Assembly: GCA_947581925.1 (NCBI GenBank)
Contig: CANPWB010000005.1
Span: forward strand, 6,128 to 70,127
Source of the DNA: an uncultured Clostridia bacterium
GTDB lineage: Bacteria > Bacillota > Clostridia > Christensenellales > CAG-917
Direction of reading: 5' to 3'
DNA: 64,000 bases
The notes beneath the pieces are model-generated. The model was not told the origin of the DNA and searched no databases. It saw only the letters and a list, made by a program, of their open reading frames with translations. A program made the translations under genes and the position numbers. The stretch's first letter is position 1; each line of letters begins with the position of its first letter. Positions 34,981 through 45,869 of the stretch are shown in pieces.

Positions 34981-35096
34981 CACACCTTTTACGCCTAGTC
35001 ATTAAGCTCGCACACACCCTTTACGCCCGGTCATTGAGTATTTCGGCATAAAAACGACGTCGGCAGCATTGCTGCCGACGTCGTTGCAGAATGATG
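34981..35096 (+). repeat. Direct repeat, right copy (contains the intact ispDF terminator)
   Basis: See 33965-34081. The repeat starts are ~1016 nt apart. Confidence 0.9.
35048..35084 (-). terminator. Intrinsic terminator of ispDF
   Basis: Minus strand: ACGACGTCGGCAG-caatg-CTGCCGACGTCGT (13-bp perfect stem) followed by TTTTAT, 35 nt after the ispDF stop. Confidence 0.8.
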
Positions 35097-35118
35097 GAAA
35101 CGCATATTTCCCGGGTAA

Positions 35119-36225
35119 TTATTTCAGAAGAACGGTGGCGAAGGCGGCTATTGCGTCGCCCGAGCCGATGTCGCCTACTTGCTCGTTGGTGGTGGCGCTT
35201 ATGCCTATGCGCTCGATAGAAATGTCGAGTATGGGCGAGAGCGTCCTTTTCATTTTGAGGATATGGGGTGCGATAATTGGCTTCTCTGCGATGATGGAAA
35301 CGGAAACGTTGCTTACGCGCTTGCCGCATTTTTCGGCGACGGACAGCACTGTCTTTAAAAGGTCGAGGCTGTTTGCTCCGTCGTATGCGGGGTCGTCCAC
35401 GGGGAAGAAATGCCCGATATCGCGCTCGCCCACGGCGGTCAGAATGGCGTCCATAATTGCGTGTACGGGCACGTCGCCGTCGCTGTGCGCTACGCTCTTA
35501 TAGGGACAGGGGATGAATACTCCGCAAAGCGTCAAGCCCTCGCCTGCCTTAAGCCTATGTATGTCGTATCCGCAGCCGACAAGGGGCTCTTCGAGGTCGC
35601 AAGGGTGAGTTATCTTCTTGTTTTTCGGGTCGCCGTCAACTTGTGCTATTTTGACATTATCGAGGGTTTTTACCACCGAAACGTCATCATAAAACGCCTT
35701 TTTTGAATTTTTGTACGCCTTTTCCAATACGTCTCTTTTGCATGCGAAAGGAGTTTGTACAAGCCCGAATTTCTCACGATCCATGGGCTGCATATCTTTG
35801 AGACGTATCATCGCGTCCGAGGAGCGCACGGTCACGACCGCGGCGTCCGCGTTCTTTAGAGCGGCTAGGGTGCGCAGTATGAGTTCGCGGGTGACATAGG
35901 GGCGCGCCCCGTCGTGGATAAGGACGGTATCGACGTCCTCGGGCAGGGCGGATATGGCGTTTTTGACCGTCTCTGTGCGCGTCGCTCCGCCCGAAACGAG
36001 CGATATACGCTTATCCTCTATTCGCTCGTTGTCCAGCGCGACAAGCAATTCGTCCGAAAAGGAAGGGTGTATGCCGATAAGCATGCGGCTCACGCCCGCT
36101 ATGTCGAGGAAAGGCTTTATTGCCTCGACGATGACGCAACCTGTGCCCGCGCGCTCAAACAGCTTGTTTTTCTCGCCGTAGCGTTGGCTTTTTCCGCCCG
36201 CGGCGATTATGACGGCGATGTTCAT
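35119..36225 (-). CDS. ispDF: Bifunctional IspD/IspF (MEP cytidylyltransferase / MEcPP synthase)
   Basis: 368 aa. The N-terminus IIAAGGKSQR.. is IspD-like. The C-terminus GYDIHRL..HSDGDV..HA..DA is IspF-like. Confidence 0.92.
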   Translation of the reverse strand: MNIAVIIAAGGKSQRYGEKNKLFERAGTGCVIVEAIKPFLDIAGVSRMLIGIHPSFSDELLVALDNERIEDKRISLVSGGATRTETVKNAISALPEDVDTVLIHDGARPYVTRELILRTLAALKNADAAVVTVRSSDAMIRLKDMQPMDREKFGLVQTPFACKRDVLEKAYKNSKKAFYDDVSVVKTLDNVKIAQVDGDPKNKKITHPCDLEEPLVGCGYDIHRLKAGEGLTLCGVFIPCPYKSVAHSDGDVPVHAIMDAILTAVGERDIGHFFPVDDPAYDGANSLDLLKTVLSVAEKCGKRVSNVSVSIIAEKPIIAPHILKMKRTLSPILDISIERIGISATTNEQVGDIGSGDAIAAFATVLLK

Positions 36226-36476
36226 AGCTCCTCTCCTTCGATGAGGCGGTACATGCTCTCGGCGGACTGCTTTGTCTGGTGCTCGTCCACGCTGAGCACC
36301 TCAAAGGACATGCTGCGATTACCAAAGCTCACCTTGACGACATCCCCGACTTTTACTTCCTTCGCGGGTTTTGCGGGCTTGCCGTTCAGCTCTATCCTGC
36401 CGCCGTCGCACGCCTCCTGCGCCACGGAGCGGCGCTTGATGACTCTTGAAACTTTCAAAAATTTGTCTATTCTCAT
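36222..36476 (-). CDS. S4-domain RNA-binding protein (YabO/Hsp15-like)
   Basis: The conserved start MRIDKFLKVSRVIKRRSVAQEACDGGRIELNGK is at ATG 36476. The track starts 23 codons earlier. Confidence 0.75.
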   Translation of the reverse strand: MRIDKFLKVSRVIKRRSVAQEACDGGRIELNGKPAKPAKEVKVGDVVKVSFGNRSMSFEVLSVDEHQTKQSAESMYRLIEGEEL

Positions 36477-36613
36477 ACGGCAATTATAAGTCATTTGCGA
36501 AAAAATGTAAAGTGCATGAGTTTTACTTGCACCGGCACGATGCAAAAAATCGTCGTCGCGGAGTAAGATAATTATAATATTATAAAAATATTCACAAATT
36601 TACAAAATTTCCC

Positions 36614-36642
36614 TTGACAGGGTTGACAACGTCGTATATAAT
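36614..36642 (+). promoter_or_regulatory. rpoB promoter (TTGACA-17-TATAAT)
   Basis: -35 at 36614-36619, a 17-nt spacer, -10 at 36637-36642. This gives a ~155-nt leader containing a 10-bp-stem hairpin (36667-36701). Confidence 0.7.
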
Positions 36643-36802
36643 GAAAAACTGCGCAATAATACTTATCCCTGCCCCCGAAAGCTCGAATTTTGGGGGTAGG
36701 GGGTTATAAAGACACTGTTATTGTACTGTATAAAAATCAAAAAATCAAGTGGGCGAGCAAAATCGTCCGACGCAAACAAGAATTTTTTTAAGGAGTGGAT
36801 AT

Positions 36803-39800
36803 ATGGCCCAAAGAATTCACAATCAGATGTACGGCAAGACAGAAAGACGCGATTTCTCAAAGATCAAGAACGTTCTGCCCATCCCGTACCTAATCGAAGT
36901 GCAGAAGAACTCCTATCAGAGCTTCATCCACGAGGGGATCGACGAAGTTTTCCAAGATTATTCGCCGATCTCGGACTTCTCGCAAAAGCTCGAGCTCGAG
37001 TTTCTCTCCCACCGCTTCGACGGCGAGCCGAAGTATTCCGTCAAGGAGTGCAAGGACAGAGACGCGACCTATGCCGTGCCTCTCAAGGTCAAGGCGCGCC
37101 TGACGAACAAGGAGACGGGAGAAGTCGTCGAGCAAGAGGTCTTTATGGGAGATTTCCCGCTCATGACGGAGGCAGGCTCCTTTGTCATCAACGGCGCGGA
37201 GCGCGTCATCGTCAGCCAGCTTGTGAGGAGCCCCGGCGTTTACAACGACAGAGTGCTCGACAAAAACGGCGTACCGCGCTATGCGACGACGGTCATTCCC
37301 AACCGCGGCGCGTGGCTTGAATACGAGCAGGACTCCAACGACGTACAATGGGTGCACGTTGACAGGATGAGGAAGATCCCCGCGACTACGCTACTTCGCG
37401 CGCTGGGCTATGGCACTGACGAGGAGCTGCTCACGCTGTTTGGCGGCGACGAGATGATCAAGAGCACTTGCGACAAGGACACCGCAAAGACGGAGGAGCA
37501 GGGCAAGCTGGATCTTTTCCGCCGTATGCGTCCGGGCGAGGTGCCCACGGTAGAAGGCGCGAATCAGCTCATCCACAACCTTTTCGACGATTACAAGCGT
37601 TACGACTTGGCAAGAGTCGGCCGCTACAAATACAATAAAAAACTTGCCATCGGCACACGTCTCGTCGGCTGCAAGCTCGCGGAGAAGGTAGTAAGCCCCA
37701 TCACTGGCGAGATACTTGCCGCGAAGGGCGACATCGTTACGGAGGAGCTGGGCAAGACCATTCAAAACAACGGCGTAAACGAGGTCAACGTCGAGTATAC
37801 CGACAAGGACGGCAAGAAGAAAGTCTTTAAGATGATCGGAAACAACACTCTCGACCTCGACGCGGTAGTGGATTGCAAGCCCCGCGAGCTGGGCATTTTG
37901 GAAAAGGTGTATTGGCCCAATCTTCAAAAGCTCATTTCGCAATTCGGCGGCAACAAGCAGGAGCTGCTGTACGCCATCAAGGCGAGCAGGGACGAGCTTG
38001 TGTACAAGCATATCACGCTTGCGGACATCGTGGCTGTCACAAACTACAACCTCGGGTTGAGATACGGTTTCGGCACCTGCGACGACATCGACCACCTCTC
38101 CAACCGTCGCGTGCGCGCGGTGGGCGAGCTGCTGCAAAATCAATTCCGCATCGGCATCTCCCGCCTCGAGAGAGTCATTCGCGAGAGAATGGCGTCCGCG
38201 CAGGAGAATGCGGAGATAACACCTCAGACGCTCATTAACATCAGACCCGTTACGAGCGCGATAAAGGAGTTTTTCGGCTCCTCGCAGCTGTCTCAATTTA
38301 TGGACCAGCCCAACCCCATTGCGGAGCTGACGCACAAGCGCAAGCTCTCCGCACTCGGACCCGGCGGCCTCAACAGAGAGCGCGCGAGTTTCGAGGTACG
38401 CGACGTCCACCACTCCCACTACGGGCGCATGTGCCCTATCGAGACCCCGGAAGGTCAAAACATTGGACTTATCACCTCGCTTTCGAGCTACGCCAAGGTC
38501 AACGAGTACGGTTTTATCGAGACTCCGTATAGAAGGATAGAGAAGATAAAGGACGAAAACGGCAAAGTCGTGGACAGCTACGTCACAGACGAAGTCGTGT
38601 ATATGGCGGCGGATGAAGAGGACAAATACATCATCGCGCAGGCAAACGAGGAGCTTGATGAGACAAGCCGTTTCGTGCGTAACCGCGTCAATTGCCGTAT
38701 AAGAAAGGACATCCGCGAAGTTCCAAAGCTCATGGCGGACTATATGGACGTCAACCCCAAACAGCTCATCTCCATAGCGACCGCGCTCATACCTTTCCTT
38801 GAAAACGACGATACCAACCGCGCGCTCATGGGCTCCAACATGCAGAGGCAGGCGGTCCCGCTCCTCAAGCCGCAAGCGCCCATGATAGCGACGGGCGTCG
38901 AGCACAAGATAGCGTACGACAGCGGCGTGCTTAAGATCGCGCACAAGGACGGCTATGTCAAGTATGTGGACAGCGTGAAGATCGTCATCGCTTGCGACGA
39001 CGGCACGGAGGAGACATATACGCTCAGCAAATTCGAGCGCTCCAACCAATCCACTTGCATAAATCAACACCCCATCGTGAACAAGGGCGACAGAGTCACG
39101 GCGCCCAAGTATGACGAGCAGGGCAACCTCCTCGAAGAGGGCACCGTGCTTGCGGACGGACCCGCTTGCGACCAGGGCGAGCTTGCCCTGGGCAGGAATA
39201 TGCTCATCGGCTTTATGAGCTGGGAGGGCTACAACTACGAGGACGCGGTCTTGATAAGCGAGGAGCTTGTAAGAGACGACCTGTACACTTCGATACATAT
39301 CGAGGAGTACGAGATAGAGTGCCGCGATACAAAGCTCGGCGAAGAGCAGATAACCCGCGACATTCCCAACCTTAGCGACGAGGCGCTCAGAAACCTCGAC
39401 GAGTATGGCATAGTGCGCGTCGGCGCGGAAGTCAAGGCGGGCGACATCCTTGTCGGCAAGGTCACGCCTAAGGGCGAGACGGAGCTTACTCCCGAGGAGA
39501 GGTTGCTCAGAGCTATATTCGGCGAGAAGGCGAGAGAGGTCAGAGATACGTCGCTCAGAGTCCCCAACGGCGAGGGCGGCATTGTCGTGGACGTAAAGCA
39601 ATTCACGAGAAAGAACAAGGACGAGCTCGCGCCCGGCGTGAACAAACTTGTGCGCGTATACATCGCCCAAAAGAGGAAGATATCCGTCGGCGACAAGATG
39701 GCGGGCCGTCACGGCAACAAGGGCGTCGTCAGCCGCGTGCTGCCAAAAGAGGATATGCCTTTTATGGCGGACGGCACTCCGCTCCAGATAGTGCTCAACC

Positions 39801-40675
39801 CCCTCGGCGTGCCTTCGCGTATGAACATAGGACAGGTGCTTGAAGTTCACCTCGGACTAATCGCGCACATGCTCGATTGGAAGATAGCGACCCCCGTTTT
39901 CGACGGCGCGAACGAGCAGGATATCAAGGCGCTTTTCCAGCAGTACGGCATAGTCAACGAGGACGGCGAAGTGGACGGCAAGATCCAGCTGTACGACGGC
40001 AGGACGGGCGAACCGTTTGAAAACCGCGCGACGGTGGGATATATGTACTACCTCAAGCTGCATCACCTCGTAGACGACAAGATACACGCAAGATCCACGG
40101 GCCCGTACAGCCTTGTCACACAACAGCCTCTCGGCGGAAAGGCGCAGTTTGGCGGACAGCGTTTCGGCGAAATGGAAGTGTGGGCGCTCGAGGCGTACGG
40201 CGCGGCGAATATGTTGCAAGAGATCTTGACGGTCAAATCGGACGACGTAGTGGGCAGGGTCAAGACGTATGAGTCCATCGTCAAGGGCAACAATGTGTCA
40301 GAGCCCGGTATCCCCGAATCATTCAAAGTGCTCGTCAAGGAGCTGCAAAGCCTTGCGCTCGACGTCAAGGTGCGCAACGAGGAAGGCGACGAGATCAAGC
40401 TCAGGGACTACTCCGACGACGACATCGATTTCGAGCCTATGAGAAGAGTTCCCGAACTCAAGGAAGTTGACATTCTCGGCGGCGACCTCGGGCAGCAGCC
40501 CTCGGCTATCCCCGACGATCTGTTTGGCGGATTGGGCGACGGCTTTGGCGGCGAGGACAGCAAATTTGACTCAGACAGCGACGATGAGGATTTCTTCAGC
40601 TCGCTCACGGAGGGAACGACGGATATAAGCGAATTGTTTGGCACTCCGTCGAAAGAAGATCCCGACGAGGAATAA
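36803..40675 (+). CDS. rpoB: RNA polymerase beta subunit
   Basis: ATG 36803 follows an AAGGAG RBS and gives [21 protein letters not shown]... Conserved blocks are present throughout (e.g. [10 protein letters not shown]). There is a ~95-aa acidic C-terminal tail. Confidence 0.97.
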   Translation: MAQRIHNQMYGKTERRDFSKIKNVLPIPYLIEVQKNSYQSFIHEGIDEVFQDYSPISDFSQKLELEFLSHRFDGEPKYSVKECKDRDATYAVPLKVKARLTNKETGEVVEQEVFMGDFPLMTEAGSFVINGAERVIVSQLVRSPGVYNDRVLDKNGVPRYATTVIPNRGAWLEYEQDSNDVQWVHVDRMRKIPATTLLRALGYGTDEELLTLFGGDEMIKSTCDKDTAKTEEQGKLDLFRRMRPGEVPTVEGANQLIHNLFDDYKRYDLARVGRYKYNKKLAIGTRLVGCKLAEKVVSPITGEILAAKGDIVTEELGKTIQNNGVNEVNVEYTDKDGKKKVFKMIGNNTLDLDAVVDCKPRELGILEKVYWPNLQKLISQFGGNKQELLYAIKASRDELVYKHITLADIVAVTNYNLGLRYGFGTCDDIDHLSNRRVRAVGELLQNQFRIGISRLERVIRERMASAQENAEITPQTLINIRPVTSAIKEFFGSSQLSQFMDQPNPIAELTHKRKLSALGPGGLNRERASFEVRDVHHSHYGRMCPIETPEGQNIGLITSLSSYAKVNEYGFIETPYRRIEKIKDENGKVVDSYVTDEVVYMAADEEDKYIIAQANEELDETSRFVRNRVNCRIRKDIREVPKLMADYMDVNPKQLISIATALIPFLENDDTNRALMGSNMQRQAVPLLKPQAPMIATGVEHKIAYDSGVLKIAHKDGYVKYVDSVKIVIACDDGTEETYTLSKFERSNQSTCINQHPIVNKGDRVTAPKYDEQGNLLEEGTVLADGPACDQGELALGRNMLIGFMSWEGYNYEDAVLISEELVRDDLYTSIHIEEYEIECRDTKLGEEQITRDIPNLSDEALRNLDEYGIVRVGAEVKAGDILVGKVTPKGETELTPEERLLRAIFGEKAREVRDTSLRVPNGEGGIVVDVKQFTRKNKDELAPGVNKLVRVYIAQKRKISVGDKMAGRHGNKGVVSRVLPKEDMPFMADGTPLQIVLNPLGVPSRMNIGQVLEVHLGLIAHMLDWKIATPVFDGANEQDIKALFQQYGIVNEDGEVDGKIQLYDGRTGEPFENRATVGYMYYLKLHHLVDDKIHARSTGPYSLVTQQPLGGKAQFGGQRFGEMEVWALEAYGAANMLQEILTVKSDDVVGRVKTYESIVKGNNVSEPGIPESFKVLVKELQSLALDVKVRNEEGDEIKLRDYSDDDIDFEPMRRVPELKEVDILGGDLGQQPSAIPDDLFGGLGDGFGGEDSKFDSDSDDEDFFSSLTEGTTDISELFGTPSKEDPDEE

Positions 40676-40687
40676 AGGAGATAGAGT

Positions 40688-43600
40688 ATGTACGAACTCA
40701 GCAATTTTGACGCGATCCAGATCGGCATTGCCTCTCCCGAAAAGATCAAAGAGTGGTCTTACGGCGAGGTCACAAAGCCCGAGACTATAAATTACCGTAC
40801 GCAAAAACCCGAGAGAGACGGCCTCTTCTGCGAGAGGATATTCGGGCCCACAAAGGACTGGGAGTGCCACTGCGGCAGATACAAGAGGATACGCTATAAA
40901 GGCGTCATCTGCGAGAAGTGCGGCGTCGAGGTCACAAAGTCAAAGGTGCGCCGCGAGAGGATGGGGCATATCGAACTTGCCGCGCCCGTCACTCACATTT
41001 GGTATTTGAGAGGCGTGCCCTCGCGCATAAGCATTTTGCTTGACATCTCCCCCAAGGATCTTGAACAAGTCGTGTACTTCGTCTCCTACATCGTGCTCGA
41101 CCCCGGCAAGGCGGAGGAAGTGGTCAAAAAACAGGTCATCACGGACAAGGAGTACCGCGATCTGCTTGAAAAATACGACGCAAAGGACTTCAGAGTCGGC
41201 ATGGGCGCGGAAGCCGTGCAGGAGCTCCTGCAGGAGATAGACCTCGAGAGCGAGAGCAAACAGCTCAAGGACATTATCGAGAATTCTACGGGTCAAAAAC
41301 GCATGAAGGCGGTCAAGAGGCTGGAAGTCGTTGAGGCTTTCCGTCAATCGGGCAACAGACCCGAGTGGATGGTGCTCACCGTACTTCCCGTGCTGCCTCC
41401 GGAGCTCAGACCTATGGTCCAGCTTGACGGCGGACGTTTTGCGACGAGCGACCTCAACGATCTGTATCGTCGCGTCATCAACCGCAACAACCGTCTCAAA
41501 AAGCTCAAGGAACTCGGCGCGCCCGAAATAATCGTGCACAACGAAAAGAGAATGTTGCAGGAAGCCGTTGACGCGCTCATCGACAACGGTCGCAGAGGAA
41601 AGGCTGTCGCAGGCCCCGGCAACAGGGACCTCAAGTCGCTCTCGGGCATGCTCCGCGGCAAGCAGGGACGTTTCCGTCAAAACTTGCTCGGCAAGCGCGT
41701 GGACTATTCGGGACGTTCGGTCATCGTCGTCGGGCCCGAGCTCAAGCTGTATCAGTGCGGCTTGCCCAAGGAGATGGCGCTCGAGCTGTTCAAGCCCTTT
41801 ATAATGAATAAGCTGGTGGAGCAGAACCTTTGCCACAACATCAAGAGCGCAAAGCGTTTCGTGGACACGGGCAAAAATCAAGTGTGGGATATCCTCGAGG
41901 AGATAATCAAGGATCACCCCGTACTTCTCAACCGCGCGCCTACCCTTCACCGTCTCGGCATACAGGCGTTCGAGCCCGTGCTCGTCGAGGGCAGAGCGAT
42001 AAAGTTGCACCCCCTCGCATGCGGCGCGTTCAACGCGGACTTCGACGGCGACCAGATGGCTGTCCACGTCCCGCTGTCCATAGAGGCGCAGGCGGAGGCG
42101 AGGATACTCATGCTTTGCACCAACAACATACTTAAGCTCAGTGACGGCAAGCCTATCGTCTCGCCCACGCAAGACATGGTCATAGGCTCCTACTATCTGA
42201 CGATAGTCAAGCCGGGCGCGGTCGGCGAAGGCAATTATTACAGCTCGTTTGACGAGGCGGTACTCGCCTACAACGAGCATGCGCTCACGCTGCAATCGCT
42301 GTGCTATATCCGCGTTCCCGTGGAGCACGAGGACGGTACGAAGGAAAATCAGCTTTTGCACACCACCCTCGGACGTTGCATCTTCAACAACAACATCCCG
42401 CAGGATCTGCAATTTGTGGACAGAAGCGTGCCGGAACTCAAAGGTCAGCTTGAAGTCGAGGGCATACTCGGCATACACGCCAACATCGATCAAAAGCAAT
42501 TCCACGCCATAGTGGAGCTGTTCCGCAGCGGCCGCGAGGATGGAGCATACGCGTGCGCGCGTTCAATATTAAAGAGACAGGACCTCACCGACGCGCAGGT
42601 AGAAACCATCAAGAACGCCATACTCGAGGCGGGAGAGCTTGACATTGACGATACGAAGCACAGCCTTAGGGAGATCACCGCGCTCAGAGAGAGCATACAG
42701 AAGGTGCTCGGCAAGAAGGCGATGGCTATTGGCAAGAAGCAACTCAGTATGATCGTCGACAACTGCTTTAAGTATCACGGCGCGACGGAGACGGCGGCAA
42801 TGCTGGACAACATCAAGGCGCTCGGCTACAAGTATTCGACGATAGGAGCTATCACGGCGTCCGTATTCGATATGCACATCCCCGGCGACAAGAAACAGAT
42901 AATCGCCGACGCGGAGGCGCAGGTGGTCAAGATAGAAAAACTGCATGCCCGCGGCGTGTTCTCGGACGAGGGTCGATACAAAGAGGTCATCAAAGTTTGG
43001 AAAGAGGCGGCGGACAAGGTCGAGGAAGAGCTCAAGAAAGGACTTGACGACTTCAACCCAATATGGATGATGGCAAACTCCGGCGCGCGCGGAAGTATGG
43101 GACAGATAAGACAGCTCGCAGGTATGCGCGGACTTATGGCGGACCCGTCGGGCAGAACGATAGAGTTGCCCGTGCGCTCCTCATTCCGTGAAGGACTTTC
43201 CGTTTTGGAATACTTCATTTCTTCGCACGGCGGCAGAAAAGGTCTTGCGGACACCGCTCTTAAGACGGCGGACTCCGGATACCTCACAAGGCGTCTCGTG
43301 GACGTTTCCCACTCCGTCATCGTGCGCGAGCAGGATTGCCACGACAACAAGGGCACCTTCATCACCGCGATACGCGACGAAAAGAGCGTCATAGAGGCGC
43401 TTGCGGACAGAATTGCGGGCAGATACACCATAAACGACGTCATCGACCCCGAGACGGGCGAAGTCATCTGCGAAGCGGACACCCTCATCTCCACGGATAA
43501 GGCGAAAGAGATCGACAACATCCTCACCGCGCATTGGGAGAAGAACGGCTCGGATATGCACCATCAACCGGGCGTGCTCATCCGCTCCATACTCACTTGC

Positions 43601-44557
43601 AGGACGAGGAACGGCGTATGCGTAAAGTGCTATGGCAAGAACATGGCGTCGGGCAATCCCGTCAAGATAGGCGAGGCGGTCGGCATCATAGCCGCACAGT
43701 CCATAGGCGAGCCGGGCACCCAGCTCACGATGAGAACCTTCCACTCGGGCGGCGTCGCGACGGACGACGACATCACGCAAGGTCTGCCTCGCGTCGAGGA
43801 GCTTTTCGAGGCGCGCAATCCTAAAGGTAAAGCCGTCATCACAGAGAACAGCGGCGCGGTCACGATTTCCGACGACAGGCGCGAGATCACGGTCACGTCC
43901 TCGGACGGCGACACAAAGACGTATGCGATACCCTACAACGCGAACATACTCGTGCAGCAGGGCGAGATAATAGACGCGGGTGATCCGCTCACGAAAGGCT
44001 CCATAAATCCGCAGGATATGCTCAAAGCAAAGGGCGTCAAGGGCGTGCAGGAGTACATCGCGAAGGAAGTTCAATCCGCCTACCGCACCGCGGGCGTCGA
44101 GATCAACGACAAGCACGTCGAGGTCATCGTCAGGCAGATGCTGAGGAAGGTAAGGATAGAAAATCAAGGCGACACCAACATGTTGCCCGGTCAACTCGTA
44201 GACCTGTTCACTTATGAGGACGAAAACGAAAAGGCGATAGAGGCAGGCGGCAAGCCCGCAAGCGCAAAGAGAACGCTGCTCGGCATCACGAAAGCCGCGC
44301 TCGCGACGGAGTCCTTCCTGTCCGCGGCGTCCTTCCAGGAGACGGCGAAAGTGCTAGCGGAGGCGGCGATCAACAACAGAGTCGATCCGTTGCTCGGACT
44401 CAAAGAGAACGTCATAATAGGCAAGCTCATCCCCGCAGGTACGGGCATGAAGTGCTATAAAAACATAAGTACAGTACACGCCACTCCCGAAAAGACGGAA
44501 GAGGAGATAATGGCGGATCCCGAGCTTGCGGACATAGACGACGAGGACGCAGAATAA
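40688..44557 (+). CDS. rpoC: RNA polymerase beta-prime subunit
   Basis: 1289 aa with a zinc finger ([20 protein letters not shown]), the catalytic NADFDGDQM motif and a lineage-specific insertion around residues ~590-660. Confidence 0.97.
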   Translation: MYELSNFDAIQIGIASPEKIKEWSYGEVTKPETINYRTQKPERDGLFCERIFGPTKDWECHCGRYKRIRYKGVICEKCGVEVTKSKVRRERMGHIELAAPVTHIWYLRGVPSRISILLDISPKDLEQVVYFVSYIVLDPGKAEEVVKKQVITDKEYRDLLEKYDAKDFRVGMGAEAVQELLQEIDLESESKQLKDIIENSTGQKRMKAVKRLEVVEAFRQSGNRPEWMVLTVLPVLPPELRPMVQLDGGRFATSDLNDLYRRVINRNNRLKKLKELGAPEIIVHNEKRMLQEAVDALIDNGRRGKAVAGPGNRDLKSLSGMLRGKQGRFRQNLLGKRVDYSGRSVIVVGPELKLYQCGLPKEMALELFKPFIMNKLVEQNLCHNIKSAKRFVDTGKNQVWDILEEIIKDHPVLLNRAPTLHRLGIQAFEPVLVEGRAIKLHPLACGAFNADFDGDQMAVHVPLSIEAQAEARILMLCTNNILKLSDGKPIVSPTQDMVIGSYYLTIVKPGAVGEGNYYSSFDEAVLAYNEHALTLQSLCYIRVPVEHEDGTKENQLLHTTLGRCIFNNNIPQDLQFVDRSVPELKGQLEVEGILGIHANIDQKQFHAIVELFRSGREDGAYACARSILKRQDLTDAQVETIKNAILEAGELDIDDTKHSLREITALRESIQKVLGKKAMAIGKKQLSMIVDNCFKYHGATETAAMLDNIKALGYKYSTIGAITASVFDMHIPGDKKQIIADAEAQVVKIEKLHARGVFSDEGRYKEVIKVWKEAADKVEEELKKGLDDFNPIWMMANSGARGSMGQIRQLAGMRGLMADPSGRTIELPVRSSFREGLSVLEYFISSHGGRKGLADTALKTADSGYLTRRLVDVSHSVIVREQDCHDNKGTFITAIRDEKSVIEALADRIAGRYTINDVIDPETGEVICEADTLISTDKAKEIDNILTAHWEKNGSDMHHQPGVLIRSILTCRTRNGVCVKCYGKNMASGNPVKIGEAVGIIAAQSIGEPGTQLTMRTFHSGGVATDDDITQGLPRVEELFEARNPKGKAVITENSGAVTISDDRREITVTSSDGDTKTYAIPYNANILVQQGEIIDAGDPLTKGSINPQDMLKAKGVKGVQEYIAKEVQSAYRTAGVEINDKHVEVIVRQMLRKVRIENQGDTNMLPGQLVDLFTYEDENEKAIEAGGKPASAKRTLLGITKAALATESFLSAASFQETAKVLAEAAINNRVDPLLGLKENVIIGKLIPAGTGMKCYKNISTVHATPEKTEEEIMADPELADIDDEDAE

Positions 44558-45741
44558 TGGATAAGAGGTTTTTTACATCCGAAAGCGTGACAGAGGGACA
44601 TCCCGACAAGGTGTGCGATCAGATAGCCGACGCTATACTTGACGACATCATGGCGGCGGATCCCTCCGCGCGCGTCGCGATAGAAGTTTGCGCGACGACG
44701 GGCGTAGTCATGGTTTTCGGCGAAGTATCCACGGACACGCACTATTCGGACATTCCCTCGATAGTGCGCGAGGTGATAGAGGACATAGGCTACAACGACA
44801 GCTCTCTCGGCTTTGACTATAAGACGTGCGCCGTGCTCACATCAATAGACGAGCAATCGAAGGATATTGCGCAGGGCGTGGATATGGCGTCCGACGCGGA
44901 AAGCTCGGACGAATTCGATCTTAGAGGCGCGGGCGATCAAGGTATGATGTTCGGATATGCGACGGACGAGACTCCGGAGCTTATGCCCATGCCCATAATG
45001 CTTGCGCATGCGCTCACGAAGCGCCTCACGGACGTGAGGAAGCTTGAACTTCTCGACTGGCTGCGTCCCGACGGGAAGGCGCAGGTCACGGTGGAATACG
45101 AGGGCGGCACGCCAAAGCGCGTTGACACCGTAGTAGTCAGCTGTCAGCACTCTGAGAATGTGGAGCTCGAGGAGATAGAGCGCGCTATAATCGAGACCGT
45201 CATCAAACCCTCCATTCCCAAGGAGCTCATCGACGACGACACCAAATTCTACATCAATCCCACGGGACGCTTTGTGATTGGCGGGCCCGCAGGGGACAGC
45301 GGAGTCACGGGCAGGAAGATAATCGTGGACACCTACGGCGGGTTCTGTCCTCACGGCGGCGGCGCGTTCAGCGGCAAGGATCCCACAAAAGTGGACAGGA
45401 GCGCGTGCTATATGGCGCGTTACGTCTGCAAAAACCTTGTCGCGGCGGGCATTTGCAACAGGGTAGAGCTGCAGCTCGCGTATGCGATAGGCATGTCGCA
45501 CCCCGTGTCGATATATGTCGATACGTTTGGGACGGGCGTAGTAGACGACGAGACCATTGTCAAGATAGTGCAGGACGTGTTCGATCTTAGGCCGCTCGCC
45601 ATAATAAACGAGCTCAAACTCGACCGCCCCGTCTACAGGAGGACGTCCAACTACGGGCACTTTGGCAGAGAGGGCTTTACTTGGGAGAACACCGACAAGG
45701 TGGAGCAGGTGCGAGAGGCTCTCGAAAAATACAAATTTTGA
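44557..45741 (+). CDS. metK: S-adenosylmethionine synthetase
   Basis: 394 aa with [12 protein letters not shown] and [16 protein letters not shown] motifs. The ATG shares its A with the rpoC TAA (TAATG). Confidence 0.96.
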   Translation: MDKRFFTSESVTEGHPDKVCDQIADAILDDIMAADPSARVAIEVCATTGVVMVFGEVSTDTHYSDIPSIVREVIEDIGYNDSSLGFDYKTCAVLTSIDEQSKDIAQGVDMASDAESSDEFDLRGAGDQGMMFGYATDETPELMPMPIMLAHALTKRLTDVRKLELLDWLRPDGKAQVTVEYEGGTPKRVDTVVVSCQHSENVELEEIERAIIETVIKPSIPKELIDDDTKFYINPTGRFVIGGPAGDSGVTGRKIIVDTYGGFCPHGGGAFSGKDPTKVDRSACYMARYVCKNLVAAGICNRVELQLAYAIGMSHPVSIYVDTFGTGVVDDETIVKIVQDVFDLRPLAIINELKLDRPVYRRTSNYGHFGREGFTWENTDKVEQVREALEKYKF

Positions 45742-45756
45742 ATGAGCAACAAAAAG

Positions 45757-45781
45757 CGGCAGGAGAAGTCTGCCGTTTTTT
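45757..45781 (+). terminator. Intrinsic terminator after metK
   Basis: CGGCAG-gagaagt-CTGCCG followed by TTTTTT. Confidence 0.8.
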
Positions 45782-45869
45782 ATACCCGCGGAGGAGGGAG
45801 AGAAGATGTCAATATTTTCCGCCCCATATGCAAAAAACGCGGGGATGAATAAACTTTTTCGGAGTGAAA

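Noticed and set aside
37391-39850. 819-aa ORF on the minus strand opposite rpoB. There are similar long antisense ORFs at 40940-42505 and 43181-44194 opposite rpoC.
   Set aside because: The plus strand encodes universally conserved RpoB/RpoC over the same span. The antisense products are Arg/His/Leu/Val-rich with no motifs, as is typical of stop-free antisense frames in GC-rich coding DNA.
44480-44560. SAM (S-box) riboswitch before metK.
   Set aside because: There is no intergenic space. The metK start overlaps the rpoC stop, and the preceding sequence is the conserved rpoC coding end.
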